Position numbers and translations under genes: made by a program. The notes below the pieces were generated by a model. It was not told the origin of the DNA and searched no databases. It was given only the letters and a program-made list of their open reading frames with translations. A stretch of 55,116 nt of DNA, the filler included, from Sphacelaria rigidula (lineage: Eukaryota): the NCBI GenBank assembly GCA_964200075.2. It is 5 parts of 5 records of this genome, joined end to end, with 100 filler letters (N's around TTAATTAATTAA, not from the genome) between each part and the next. Parts side by side here need not be neighbours in the genome. Positions count along the whole stretch, not along the records: positions 22,089 to 33,032 come from CAXNAA020005647.1; positions 33,133 to 44,074 come from CAXNAA020005648.1; 3 more parts are not named here. One strand, 5' to 3'. Shown piece by piece: positions 25,286 to 38,666 of the stretch. Numbering within the stretch: the stretch's first letter is position 1; each line of letters begins with the position of its first letter.

Positions 25286-27597
25286 GGAGCTTATCTGATT
25301 CCCGTCATCAGAAACGTGAGGACGGAGTAGCAAAAAGAGTGGTTGAGACGGAGTTTGTTAGACGACAGTCGACGCGGTGCAGCAGTGTTGATCCAATCTG
25401 CGACGCCAAAGTGGAAGGATTGTACTGTGGAAGGAATGTGTCGATCTCTATAGCGAAACGGCGGACTCGTCTGAGGAGCGGCGGGGCTGAGAAGTGAGAT
25501 CACATAGAAAAAGGAAGGGCCTCATGCAATGGGAGACTCCTGTGGTAAGTAAAATATACAAGTTGCTATTCTTTGAATGACAAGAACCCATGAACGTACA
25601 AGCACAACAAAATGATTCACATACACATGTGACAGGGCCTCTGATCCGTACTACAAGACAGAGACTCGATATCAGTGCCATTAAGATCACCACATCTGAT
25701 CAATCATCATATCTTCTCCATTTCGTGTACAAGAGCAAGTACCAGACCGATTCTGGGGCATATTTTGATCTTGTCGGATAAAGATCCTCACTTCGATCTC
25801 GGATGAAAGTTCTCTCTGAACAGTTTCACAATCATTTGGATACATATCCTACCTGCTACTTTTGGTTCGTGGTCAAGACGCCTCCTGATCCCACACCTCT
25901 GGACAACAAGCGAATAGCACAGAAGAGTGTACGGGCATCGCCGAGAAGGATGAGTACAGGTTCGTGACGATCTTTGACTCGTGCCGTGAATCATGACACT
26001 GCACGGTCCACGACTCAAATCGTAGTTTTAAATGGACATCCTCTATTTTCCTTCTACTGCGTACAAAAGCATAATCATTGCCACTAGTTGGGATACCACA
26101 CTCAAAACGTGAGGAAAACACGTACGGCACGTGCGACACATGCGGTATGATGATCATCTGCATGAGAGGTCATACCCCGAACGATTCCCAACAAAAAACT
26201 AAATAGCCGGAAGCGTCGCACTGGAACCCCCTGAAAACAAACAAACACCGCGCATTCCTTCATGAAGGTTGTAGCATCGACTGACTTGGAAGTGAGGATC
26301 GCGCATGTTCTCGTCTTTGCCATGTACAACCCTTGGCCGCTATACACAAGAAATGACGCTCGCTACATATTCCATCGATCTTACCCTCCTTACGGTTGGT
26401 CACTTTTGTTTTGGGTATATATAGTTCACTCAGGAACATTTCACACGCTTCCGTCCTTCATTTTACAGAGCCAACGACACGTTTCCATCTCTCATTTTAC
26501 ATAGCCAAAACACCGCCGGAGCACTGATATCCCCCCTCACAGTACACCCCTGCATCTACGAGTGATTCCTCGCCACTCGGCAGAGATGAAAATATGAAAC
26601 ATCCACCCCAAGAATGAAAAAATGTGAAATGTCGAAGGCTACCATCATCAGGGATCCGGGGCCTTTAGCGTCTGTCTCCGATACTGGGCACTGTGGTTCT
26701 CCAATTTGCGCATCTGTGCAAAAAGCGTTACGGCAATAAGGGCAAGGCGTGTGAGTTGCACAACATTGCGCACTTGATCCACCATGAGCATGCTGGTGTG
26801 GAGGTTACGAGTTGATGTAAAGGGCAAATAAGACTTTATCATAAAGGTGGGCGCATTCATCATCGTTGAAGTTGGAATAGACCTTGTTCCTCGGTATCGT
26901 TCACGACACTCGATAGAAAGCGTCCAGAAAACAAGTGGACTTGGGTTCACCAAACTTTCCGCATGACCGGCAAGCCCTAATATGACGTCGCTGGGCCTAG
27001 CATGATTCTCACATGAGCATCTGGGACCGTGCACTAGAAACAACTTCACACGCCAGTATTCCAAACCAGGTCAGGCGGTTATTCGTATGGAAAGAGACTG
27101 CACGGCAACCGCAAGATGTCTCGAGCAGATACATGGTTTCCCCGAAACATGAAAAACGAATGCCCAGTTGCTAAAAACATTCCTGAACAGATACTTCTTT
27201 CGTGACGGAAGCATTTGCCACGAAAAGCCTGGTATGATCACCTCCGCAGCTAACGATCGTCGCACACGACTATTTTTGAACGGCCGCGATACGAGCTAAT
27301 CTCACATGACTATTTTTCGAACTAGTTTTTAGGACCACGGATACGTTGGAGTGGAACGTGTGACGCTGGTCCTGTGCACCGCCCAACTCTCTACGATACA
27401 CTTTCATTCCAAACTCCGTCGATCGCGCAAATCGGCGACACTGCACACTCCGTAAGACTGCATCCCCGACGACACGTCCCGTACAATCTGCCAAGCAGCA
27501 GTTTCTTCCCCAACTTCTTCACTCGCGCTCCGCTGTCCGAACATCAAACACGCAACGATGATTGCAATTGTTTCCAATACAAGCCAGGCGGACTTAC

Positions 27598-28741
27598 GTG
27601 TTTCTGCAAATTCTCGATGGCGTCGACCTCGTCTGGTATGTGCACGTAGCGGATCATCTTTCCCTGGAGCATGATCATGTCCATCTTCCTCACGGAGCCC
27701 TGCCAACGTACCGACACATCACGACAAAAACACCGTCATTGACTCGTGGGCTGCGTAATGGCGACGCTACTGGCGAAAGATGCACCACAAGGGCATTCTT
27801 CAACAGATTTTGATGAACAAAATATGACGCCTACAGACACACCCTAAGTGTGTATCTGTGTTTTGCCGTAATATCTGGTCTACATGGTTCAGAGAGAGAA
27901 GCTTTCCACACGTTTTTCGCGAAAGCCATGCTGCTCTCTGATCCACATCGTTCACCATTCCGATTGCTTGCTCACAGCTTTACTCACAGTGGCACTGGTC
28001 TGGCGGACATCCACCATTCTCAGGCTTTTTGGCAGATCCAAGGCCGGGATGGAAAGCAGGGCGAGCGAGGGCACGAGGCGGGCGGAAACGAAGGGCGACG
28101 GGTGAAACATTACATACTCAAGCGACGACCACTTTCGTGCCCACGGGAGCACCCTGAGAACCGTTGAATTTCCCTCTTCGATTCACAAAACTTGTAGTTC
28201 GAGATGCACCTCTATCATCCACGGAACAACAGAAATAGAACGCGGTTCCGAGGCCGTTCACTTAGGGCTGCGATAATCACCAGCGAAATACAGGCGCACA
28301 ATAGAGTGCACTGCACCGCGTTCACCGCGTGTCCCTTTAACACACCATAGTCCGTCACTGCGAGTCATGGCCGGACTGCATATTGCTGCAGATGCCGGAA
28401 ACAACTGATCCTCAAAAATGGGGTGGAGCTCGAACATGAGGTTCAAATGGCATCATCAATTTTCAGGAATGATGCGAAACAGTTGCACCAAGGAAACCCG
28501 TCACCGCTGCTGATCTCGCACACACACACACACACACACACACATGCGAGCAAGGACGGTTGCGCCGTTTCACCAAATCTAATAATTATGTGTTTGATCA
28601 GTCATACATCGCCCAAACTGGGATGTGGCAGACTCTTGTTCTTGTTTTGCAGACATCGGGTGCAATCAACGATTGCAATAATACCCTCCAGCTTGCGATA
28701 ACTATTAGATTTGGTGAAACGGCGCAACCGTCCTTGCTCGC

Positions 28742-28778
<37 letters not shown>

Positions 28779-29494
28779 ATCAGCAGCGGTGACGGGAACA
28801 TCGCCCTGCTTTTCGACGACGTGTTCTACTGCGCATAGAGGCACGTCCTGTCCAAGCAGAGATGCATAGAGGAATCGATCTTTGCATTGGTCGGCGCCAC
28901 AGACAGGAGACGACAACCGTGGGCATCCCGATCTTCTTTCCGGGGCTGTGCTACAACAACCCGCCTGCCGACACACGGCAACTTGGGTATGTGATCGTAA
29001 CGTGATGCCAATCTCTCGAGCGATTCGGAATCCCCGAACGAGGACACACGAAGGACAGCGGCGGGGAACTTCCTCTTTGCCGTTGCTCCTCTGGTGATAT
29101 CGTCATCGACACATGTGTACACCGCATTCGGTCGGTGCACCTAGCCACACCTGCTAAACGGCTACAGATTTGGGGGGGGTTTCCTTGGTGCAACTGTTTC
29201 GCATCATTCCTGAAAATTGATGATGCCATTTGAACCTCATGTTCGAGTTCCACCCCATTTTTGAGGATTGGTTGTTCGGGGTCGTGTTTTATGCTGCGAC
29301 TGTGTACGCGATGTCTCACTCGTCGTTCTGTCGAGGTTTCGTCATTTTCCACAGTCTAGAGCCCCTTCAAACCCTGCCCTCCACGCGACACTCTCGAGCA
29401 ACACTCACTTCATGTTCGTGTCTGTTTCCAGCAGCACGCCTGATATCTCCACGTCGTTCTTCATCTCGATCACCACCTTGTTCCCTCTCATGCT
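27598..29494 (-). CDS. LSM10: Sm-like protein, most similar to U7 snRNP protein LSm10 (three internal exons; first and last exons not located)
   Basis: Exons 29409-29494 (cag|AGC..AA|gtgagt), 27988-28024 (aag|C..ACT|gtgagt) and 27598-27699 (cag|GGC..CAC|gtaagt) splice in frame to SMRGNKVVIEMKNDVEISGVLLETDTNMNLRMVDVRQTSATGSVRKMDMIMLQGKMIRYVHIPDEVDAIENLQKH. This contains the complete Sm1 and Sm2 motifs. RYVHIPD and a non-RG Sm2 match LSm10. Confidence 0.8.
28408..29268. repeat. Outer ~92-bp near-perfect inverted repeat (28408-28499 / 29177-29268)
   Basis: atcctcaaaaatggggtgga...gcaccaaggaaaccc versus gggtttccttggtgc...ccaccccatttttgaggat. Confidence 0.9.
28497..28796. mobile_element. 300-bp MITE with ~90-bp near-perfect TIRs containing (CA)n; CCC...GGG termini, possible AA duplication
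   Basis: cccgtcaccgctgctgatctcg(ca)n..gcgagcaaggacggttgcgccgtttcaccaaatctaata pairs with tattagatttggtgaaacggcgcaaccgtccttgctcgc..(tg)n..cgagatcagcagcggtgacggg. Confidence 0.85.
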
Positions 29495-30439
29495 CTGTTC
29501 GGCTCCAGTATAACGATGCAGTTTTGTCGTTAATCAATCAGCAGTTGCAGACTCAGAATGCGGCTTACTCACTGGTGCTCTGTATGTTTTTATAGTGCGT
29601 CCATTTGCATTTGCCCGTACTTTTGCGATGTAATGGCTCCACACTACGAACGACCTTTTCACACAAAGTGCGGCCTACGAAAATGGCCATATTTCGCCCC
29701 TTTTCCGTAACACAGGGAAGAACCCTGGGAAGCCGAAAAACGGCAAAAATCGCGAAAAAAAACATAACTGGCTCTTTTGCTCCGATTCATCGCTGACATA
29801 TGATAGCTACGCCTAGTCCGAAACCACTCGTTTACATTGCAGCTTTCGATTACTTCAAAACAAGCCAAATTCCGACAATGAACAGATTGGCGATATTTGG
29901 TCGAAATTTGGTGACCCGACGATTCTAAGGTTGGAGGTCGGTTATTTTGTTTTTGTTTTTTTCAGTGGCCATTTCCACAACTATATATTTTCAATGAACC
30001 TAGCCACAGCATGGTAAGCACCTCCGTTCGCGAGGTACGGCTTATCCCCCATAACGGACTTTCCTACTAGACGGAGGAAGTATATATCATACTCATCATA
30101 CTTCCTCTGTCAAATAAGTGAATGTTCTTATGGAGGGCAGATCATATTTCGCCGATGGAGTTGCCTAAGATGCCAGAGTTAGGTTTGCTGAAAAGCTATT
30201 GATACGGCGATGCTCATATAAAGAAAAAAATCCGACTCAGACTTATTGAGAATGAATGGGTCAAGAAGTGGGAAACTTGGCGGGTTTTCGAGAACTTTTT
30301 GCAACTTTCTTCGGAATGTTTTCGAGAATACACGATATTTACGACGATTGGAGGCCCACCGCATTCCATAACCACGATGGGTACCCCCCCAAAAATGTAG
30401 ACGAGGCGCCGGAGTATCGTTGGGTGGCCGTTACGCCAT

Positions 30440-30560
30440 GGCGGTAGAGATAGCATTGGCCATTCTACCAGGCAAATCAAGGGTGCCCAAGGGCGTTCTA
30501 GCCCCCATCGCGGAGCGTTACGGTGTTGGCGCTGGCTACCCAAAAAAACATTGGTCCCAG
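30440..30560 (+). pseudogene. Possible Tc1/mariner-type transposase N-terminal HTH remnant
   Basis: One frame reads LAILPGKSRVPKGVLAPIAERYGVGAGYPKK, reminiscent of the GRLPRG...VAxxFGV HTH at the start of IS630/mariner-like transposases. It is short and unverified. Confidence 0.3.
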
Positions 30561-33032
30561 TGCAAAGCTAGAAAGGGTGGTAAAATATGACCAGGTGGCC
30601 TTTGTGAAGGCCTGGGACTATCTAGCATCAAGCCCCAGTGACGATGCGATTAACGAAAACGTTTTTGTTTTCATTTTCGTTACTTTTTTGCCCCTGTAAA
30701 AGGGGCGAAATACGGTCTTTTTGGGGTCGACTGCTTTTTTTCGGCCGTTCATGCATGCAGGGTGCTGCGTGCAAAAACAAAAACGGGTTCCAACCTAAAA
30801 AACACCGTAGATTTCAAAACAATTACCGCCTACGGCGTCGGACACGAGTAAGGGTCTGTGTTATCAGAAGGACCTTTACTGATGGGACAGGGGAAGTACG
30901 AACGCAAAACTGAAGCTTTGTCGCAACGGACGGATGATGTACAGACGGCAGGCCGCATGTGGCGATAAAGATCGACTTTGCACAACCAAGAAACAGAAGA
31001 GCACAACACAGTCACCATGATGTTGTCTGTTCCAGCACACGCCACGCTCTCGAACATGAGCCCCCAGCGCGGGTGGATACACACGCGACAGCGCTCTTCA
31101 GTTTTTAGTCTGCCGGAGTGCATTACACCTGAGGATACTTGTACGCACTGAAACGAACTTACTTCGGCTCAGACCTCTCCTCCCATTTTGCCTCCCCCCC
31201 CCCCGTCCCGTCTGCGTGGTTTTATTGCATTGGCTGTTGTTGAGGACGGTGGTATGTTTAGGAAAGTCAATCGATAGGCCGGCTGAATCACACGCGTTCT
31301 ACTCGGCACGAGTGCGATTCGAGCGCAGTTTCCCGCGTTGTGTGCTTCAAATCACAATGCTCGACTCAGTCGCCTCCCGGGAACCTCCCGCGCTACGCAC
31401 ACCAGACGGTAACACGTGTTTTATTTCCGGAATTCCAGGGAACGGTTCAAGAAAACTGAATACGGGACTGAGTCCAGACGTGTGTGTCAGAGGTATGAAG
31501 GTGTATGAAGCGTCTGAACAGGGAGAGCGGTACCTGAAGGCACGATTTGCCCATGCTAAGGATGTAGCTTTGAATCAACTGTATCCACGTGGGAATAAGG
31601 AGACGAGGACAGATTTTCTATGGTCGGAAAAATGTTCAACAGCCCGGACACTTTTCGGAGGCTAACAACCCCCCGATTCTTATCCCTAACAGTATCTTCG
31701 CAATCACATGCACACTCGATTATCTTGACTCCACCAAGCTCTTTTGGGGGGGCAAATGTAACGCCGGCCAGGCGCAGGCGTAAAGCTGCTCCTCTCTGTG
31801 ACGTGATGCATACAGTAGTGGCGGTCTAACTATTAAGGGGTGTTTTGAGGTTTTTCTCGCGTACTACTCTTCCATAGAACTCGAAATCGCTAGTGTCGGT
31901 AGATTTTGGTACAATAAACAGTATCGTCCTCGAAACACAGTGCCCAAGTCAGTGTTAGTCGGTGTTATCGAGCGATACGAGTAAATACCTCGTTCATCAG
32001 GAAGGCGTTATTGTCCGTAAAACACCATTTTTCGGCTCTAGTGCAATGAGTCGGTATAACTTCAAGAAAATGAAACTGCACATTTCTTCACAAATATGAT
32101 CGGCACAGGCTCGATCGACCGAAAATACCACAGAGTAAGAATCTGGGCTGAAATGTGGCAGGCCCCCCGATGATCGTTCAGCCTGTAAGTCACTCAATAT
32201 TGAGTATCGAAGATTTTTTTTCCTGGAATGCGGAGCGGATATAGGTATCTTCAGATCCTCTATGTGATAAGCGGTGGCAAGCGAAAAGAACCCCACAAAA
32301 TCACCGATTACGAAAAAATCACGAAATGCCAAAAATGAATAGTTAGACCGCCCACTGATGTAGTGAAACTGGACAAACGAAAGTTGCAGCTATGTTGCAC
32401 TACAACTTTTTCTCTGTAGTCTCCGACAGTACTAGAGCACGGAACCCCGTCACGGAAAAAGGCGATGGTTTGCATGCTGCATTTTCCACATGCACTCATA
32501 TGTGGATACCACCACACAGAAGGGAAAAATGCCCACACGTGGTCGTCGTGGAAATTACCTCTTCACGTTGGCGACACCATACGATAACCCCATGCTTCAT
32601 GAACAGAACCCTCCCGGTTTCAAATCTCGGCTCCGACCAAAGACAGGAAGCTACACTGAGAAAGTTGTATGTAGCCGCCCCCGCCCCGGTGATATACTGC
32701 CACAACTGCCTCCATGAGGTTGGGAAAAGGTCGGTCCGATTCCCGCCAGACGCGTCTAAGTTAACTTTCCTCATAAGTACTATTCATAGTATCTGACTTC
32801 CGTCGTTGAAAACGCAAGGTTGTAAGTACAGTAGCGAAAGAGTCTGACTGAGTTTGACAAAAGCCGACACGGTGCGGGAGTGTTGGTCATGATCTAATCC
32901 GCGACACCAAAAATGTAAGGCATGTGACGGGACGAGGGGCCCCATATCGGGAAATGACGGCACCACCTCCCCCCACAGGTGGCCGGCACCTCATTTTGGG
33001 GCAGTAGGAAGGGGGGTGGGGGGGGGGGGGGG

Positions 33033-33132
33033 NNNNNNNNNNNNNNNNNNNNNNNNNNNNNNNNNNNNNNNNNNNNTTAATTAATTAANNNNNNNNNNNN
33101 NNNNNNNNNNNNNNNNNNNNNNNNNNNNNNNN
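33033..33132. other. Artificial contig spacer
   Basis: N44-TTAATTAATTAA-N44. Confidence 0.99.
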
Positions 33133-33748
33133 TGGTAGTTTGTTTTTGTTCTTGGTAGGATTTTTAACACAGTCCAACCGCAGTTGAGGAGGGAGGGGGG
33201 GGGGGGGGGGGGGGGGGGGGAAGTAGAAAAAAGGCCAGCTTTGGTACATTATGCCTATACAGTATCCATTTTGTGTGTTTCTGGGGGGAAACAAATTGGG
33301 TTACTTAGGTTTTTGCATGTCTGTTGTGTCTATCGACCCGGGATTTCTTTGTCAGGTGGCGGTCCCTAGTATATGTACGGTGACAGTCTGTACATTGCAT
33401 GTCTAGGTTTTGGCGGCTTGTGTTACAACGCCGTTGCCACTCGGCGTCAACTCAAGAGTCTAGAGGTGAGGGAAGAGTGGTGTACAGGGGGGAGAGATGG
33501 GTACGTAGATCCCTTGAGACTAGGGGTTTGTCACGAGTCACGAGTCACGAGGGAGAAGAGGGAATGGAAGCATGGCAAAAAGAAGACGACAGACAACAAT
33601 CAGGTAGATCTGCTGATCCGTGCTAGCGAGGATGAAGGTATGTATGCTCATCTAGCGTCCCGATTGCGTCGATGGCAGACATGGAATGCCCAGATAACTA
33701 AATATGAGTGCTACTCTATCCCCGGGTGCTCTGCGGAAACTCCCGCAC

Positions 33749-36700
33749 CTTCATTGCGGCCTCGAAACTGCTGGCCTCTTGGGCTACATGCGTTCGAGAT
33801 GCTGACGCCATAGCCGCCAGGCGGTTGAGCAGCTCCGCTATCATGGAGTTTGTGGATGCCAATTCCGACCAAACTTCCTTGGCTTTAGCAGCAGTGGACG
33901 GATCCGCTCGCCACGCCAGCACCTGTCAACACGTCAACCATCGAGTCCAAGCATATGATGAGCTAAAACGAAGTGAGCCTCCGAGCTGCAGACCAGGACC
34001 CACGTCCCCCTTCCCCCGCCGCCCCTCGATAGGTCTTCGTAATAAAGTGAGAAATAATCGTTGGTGCAGCACCTGCTATCGTGATTATTTATGGTATCTC
34101 GGGGGTACCCCACTCAAAAAAGGAGGTGCTTGCCCCCCCTGCTCAGGCCTAGCCCATCACGAGCTTTTTGTAAAATTAAGGGGGGTGAGTAATTAACGGG
34201 ATGAGAGCTATCCTGCAGTAGGTAGGCCCCCTTGGTACTTCCCTCGAAATAAGCATAAGTCGATAATCGACTCCCTACAATTACATACCTCAGCAGCAAT
34301 TCAGAGACGCGGAGCTATCCATTGGAAGTAGAACAACGCGGAAAAACGGCGAGATATTATCGCTTGTAAAGCCTCACGCTACCCTGAACCCGCCCGTACG
34401 GTGACCAGTTTGTGCAGTGCTTGTTGCGGCACGCGTTTTCAGTTTACCTTCCTGACCATGGATGGCGTAGAAGAGCCTCCGCAAACATCCCCCATAAGCA
34501 ATCGGAAGCACGGTGGAAGTCGAAGATGACCCCTCTCAGCATCCCAACCTCCTTTTGCTTCGACACACTTGGCGATTCGCTGAAGGGGGGTGGGAATAGT
34601 CGAAGACTGTGAAGGATGTCCATTCGCGGGAGGCAGAGAAGAAGAACAAGCGGGTGACGCTTGGTTGTCGCAGGCGGAGAGGGCGTCCGCCAGTACGCTC
34701 GGCGAGAAGCGTGTGTATGTGTGGGTACCATACACTGCGGCAGAAACATCAAAGCCACTGCCAACCTGGCACACGCAAACGCGGAAACAGAAGTGATGTA
34801 AGACTTTTGTGCACTTGTTGGACGGGGTGAGAAAAATCACGGGGTGACAAGGCGTAACACGTCTCGTAAAACATGCGGGACAACATATCGTATGGTGCGG
34901 AAGCGTTCTCCGTAAAGACCCCACAATTGCAAAATGCCAACATGAGACACACGCTACCTTTCCCTGAGCGACGCAGTGACACGCTTGGGCCAAGTTGTGC
35001 GTCAGGTCCAAGCTCTCCCTCCATGTAGGGCCAACCTCGCCGGACTCTTGACCACTGCTTGGAGACGCATGATATGAACTATCATCGCAAGGTAATCGCA
35101 CTCTCCCGAACACCGACAACAGGGCGCCCACCAACGAGGTGATGAGTGCAGCGGAGCTTCCCATGCCTGTCTTCGCCACCACCACCACACCGTCTGATAA
35201 CCATGCCAAACGAAGGAGATGCGATAATCCGACAATCAGTCGCGTTTTTACCCGAGCTTACGTCTCAATTTCCTCCGAAAACACTGCAAGATGCTATAAT
35301 TTTTGGGAAATATCTCCACGTAGAAAATCGAGAGCTGCGCGAAAAATTCAGCCGCTGCCGGAAGCCTGACTCACCGTCATCAACAGGACACTCGAGAAAG
35401 GCCGGTAGTGTTGCCAGCGCCTCCGCCGTACAAGACAAGCCTCGAGCGCTGAGCTGTTAAATCAGTCGTACAAGTGAAGAGAATCGCGGCGGGATGATGT
35501 CACCGGAATTGAAACTACGGCGGAGGAAACCCCACAGTCAGATGCGAAAGCGTATAATGGGGAGTCTTTGTCGCGTACAGTGCGCGGCGCTCGGCGAGGA
35601 AGAAAGTGTACGACGCAACAAACACAGTAGAGCAGGCGCAACGTTTTGCAATTTTTTTCAAGCAGCATCGTCTGCACAGCGTGTCGATCAAGGGTGTACA
35701 AGGGGCACCCCGGACTTCGTCACGATCACATCACACTTTTGAAGCGTTTTTTTGGTAGTACGTGACAGGCTCCCTCCACCATTTCATGAACATGTCTTTG
35801 CACGTGATCCCACACTCCCTACTGTTGGACATTCAGGCGCCAAGTAGTTTTCTCACAGCGGTGTAATATCAAATGGTGTCAAGGCTTACCTGCGACGTCT
35901 GCGAGTAGAAGTCGTTGTCCGCCCGTAGTTTGATCGCCAAAACGCGACCGCCCTCGCTAGCAGTCAACAGGGAATCCAGAAGGGAACCGCTTGCCTCGCG
36001 TCCACTGCTCACTCCTGCTCCGCCCGCCTCGAGGAGGTAGCCCAGCACGTACGTGAGAGCGCGTTCCACGAAAATGTTCGACGTTTGATCGGGACTGGGT
36101 CACGTGTGGATGGCAGTAGAACGCGCGCAAAATATTCTGGTGAAGAAGTGTCGAAGACATAGGATCCAAGGAAGTCATCATGTTCGGTACCAGGCCCGCA
36201 GGATCTACTTGCGGGGTCCCACATGAATTATTCCGTGCCAGGTAGCCTAGTTGCACTCATCATCGGCATCAGCGGTACATCTAGCGCCCTTTGGTGACCC
36301 TCGCCACGTCTCCCAAGTCTCGCCATACTTACAGCGCGAGAGGGAGGGGGGAAGGGGGGGGGACTGCGACTCCATTGGTGGGGTGTCTATCTGAAACAGC
36401 CTCATGCTCGACACAAGCATGCGGTACTATGACCTCCAGATCCGCACCAGGTCTTAAGCCCATCCGTTCTCAAGATCCACTGCCCGTACCTTTCCCCTGC
36501 TCACCTGTGCAAGAGAATCGGGAGTCTCCCGTCGTCGAAAAACACGCAATTGTACCAGTAAATCGTGCGGAATTGAGGACTTTCCACTTTTATTCCGAGA
36601 CGCTGCGGAATCGCCCTTGACTCCTCGACAGTTGGTGCTGAAGTTACAGGCACCTGCGGTTTCAATCGCAGTCCGTCGCACATGAACACGTCATGCAAAA

Positions 36701-37081
36701 GATGGAGCATCGCTGCAGCTGCTACTCATTTGCTTTCGGCACTTGGCATGCGAGCTTCTCGCCGCCAGTGTATATCGGCAACTACGGATAACATCCACTA
36801 TTTTTTCCTCACGCGACGATCCCTGTGATTTCGCTATGTAACATATTACCCCTCCACACTGCGCGCACTCAAAACTGAGGTATGTTGTGTCGAACAAGAA
36901 GGCTCACCTGCTCTTCTATCCATCGTACAGATGTGTAAAACCTGGCAGTTGCTGCCAATACAACCCCCACGTTCGGCTTATCCAGGACCAGATAGCCACC
37001 AGCGACCAACACCTTGCCCGGCGCTGACACAGTGCTGCACGAAGAGACATTATAATCGGTTGAAAAGCGGGTGGCGTGCAT
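33749..37081 (-). CDS. PMK: Phosphomevalonate kinase, ERG8/plant type (GHMP kinase), exons 1-7; 3' exons missing from the contig
   Basis: GT-AG exons 36908-37081 (ATG; VSAPGKVLVAGGYLVLD), 36505-36653 (VESPQF), 35890-36094 (SNIFVERAL..ADNDFYSQ), 35375-35453 (LSARGL..ALATLPAF), 34958-35193 (VAKTGMGSSAALITSLVGA..HNLAQACHCVAQGK), 34448-34765 (VGSGFDVSAAVYG..GDVCGGSSTPSMVRK) and 33749-33922 (VLAWR..WSELASTN). All phases are compatible and the motifs are the ERG8-type hallmarks. Confidence 0.95.
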
Positions 37082-38029
37082 TTATTTGTTTGCCTCGGGT
37101 GCTTCCGTTGAGTACAAAAAAAGTCTCTGAAAAATGCCTATTTCGGCGATTCGGCGCTGGTTTGTGCCAGTAAGAATTCGGCGGATTGTTCCACCACGCG
37201 AGGTCTTGCTGTACTCATCGAGGGGATTGGATGATATGATGGCGCACATTTCCCAACTTTCGTACACGCCGTTTGACTCCTGGCCGGGCTGCACTAGTTG
37301 GACACAACAAAGACAGCATGTGCACCAGTCGGCGGCACGTTTCGGCCGTGCTACAAAATGAACAAAGCGAGTACGGATTATGGGGCGAAACCGTCGACAC
37401 GCCCTCAACACGGCTTTCTCACACCCCAAACTGCGTGCACCGCCAGTGAAGGCCTATTTGGACACGCTGGTACACTAACTTCCACATCATGAGCAGCTGC
37501 GCTGGCGAACAAACATCGATTCGTGCTGGAACAGCCACTGGGTAACCACACTGGAGAAAACTCATTCACATATCGCCCGAAGGAGGGCTCAGTTAGGGAG
37601 GCACAGCCGTACGTGCGCTGTTGGCGCTGCAAAGCACTGAAACTTCGGCCACATGTCATGTGAAGCACAGTCAACATGCCCATGTCGCCAAATCTCGGGT
37701 TACGGGATGCAGCAGTGCTCGACGGAGTGAAAAGAGGTCAGATTTTATCCCGAAAAAATGTCATTAGTTCTATTTTCGCGCAAGACTGTTTCTTCTGTGT
37801 TGTGTACGTTGTGACTGTGAGAGAACGCGGCAATGCAGTACAGCACAGTACAAGTGCTGTCCTGCGATAAGGTGATCTAAAGTAGACGTCGAAAAAACAT
37901 ACAGTGCACTTGAATGGACTCATCGTGTCTAGAGGCGTGGCTACCACTTCGTCGAATAAATGGTTGAAGGCGCATTCATGCTCGCAGGAAATATAACGTC
38001 CATCACTCGGTAAAAAAAATCGACTCGAT

Positions 38030-38235
38030 GGTCGACGAGGGAAAGGGACTGCTGAACCCCTCTCGCGATAAAAAAAAGCAAGCACCGCAGAAGGAAGGTG
38101 GAGTACTAAAACAAAAGAACAAAAAAAAATCCTGTGTTGGCCTTCCTCCTGTGTGACCCCAGCTGATGCGCCCACATACACCGGAAGGTGTAGACTGGCG
38201 TCCAGAATAGATGGGATGACAACACAAGACACACA
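38030..38235 (+). repeat. SINE-like family copy
   Basis: Same module as 22828-23030, ending in a (ca)-rich tail. Confidence 0.75.
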
Positions 38236-38666
38236 CATTCGGTATATCCAACACCCCCTCAAAATCACCAGTGGGTGTGTACAGGCAGTTTATGTTTTCT
38301 TGGGGCACAATAGATCATAGAGAGTTTCGGAAAACGCTTTTTTGTAGGGCTGTGAACTGGACCAGTTTGTACTGGCGATTAAACTGGAACTGGAGTTTAT
38401 CTGCAACTGGTGATGAGGACTCCAGCTTATCCAGTTTATTCTAAGTATGCTGTTACCGGCTATATTTATAACATTTCAAGAATATTAAGTTTATAACGAA
38501 GATGCTTACATTATTGCGGACAAAATGACAATAAAATTGGGGCCTGCACCTGACAGCAATACAAGTAGAGACAGTACTCGTACTCGTGGTACGAACTGGG
38601 CCAGTATAGAAGCGGATTTGAAGTTTGCAGGCCCATTCGCAATATAACACTTGGGGTTCGACTCTA

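Noticed and set aside
25300..27500. Decayed MULE/SWIM or other transposase on the minus strand
   Set aside because: Only vague Cys/His patterns (GKPCICSRH), not enough to assign.
31534..31578. Candidate first exon of the LSm10-like gene (..MGKSCLQ|gtac)
   Set aside because: Phase-compatible, but weak similarity to LSm10 N-termini. It cannot be supported without RNA data.
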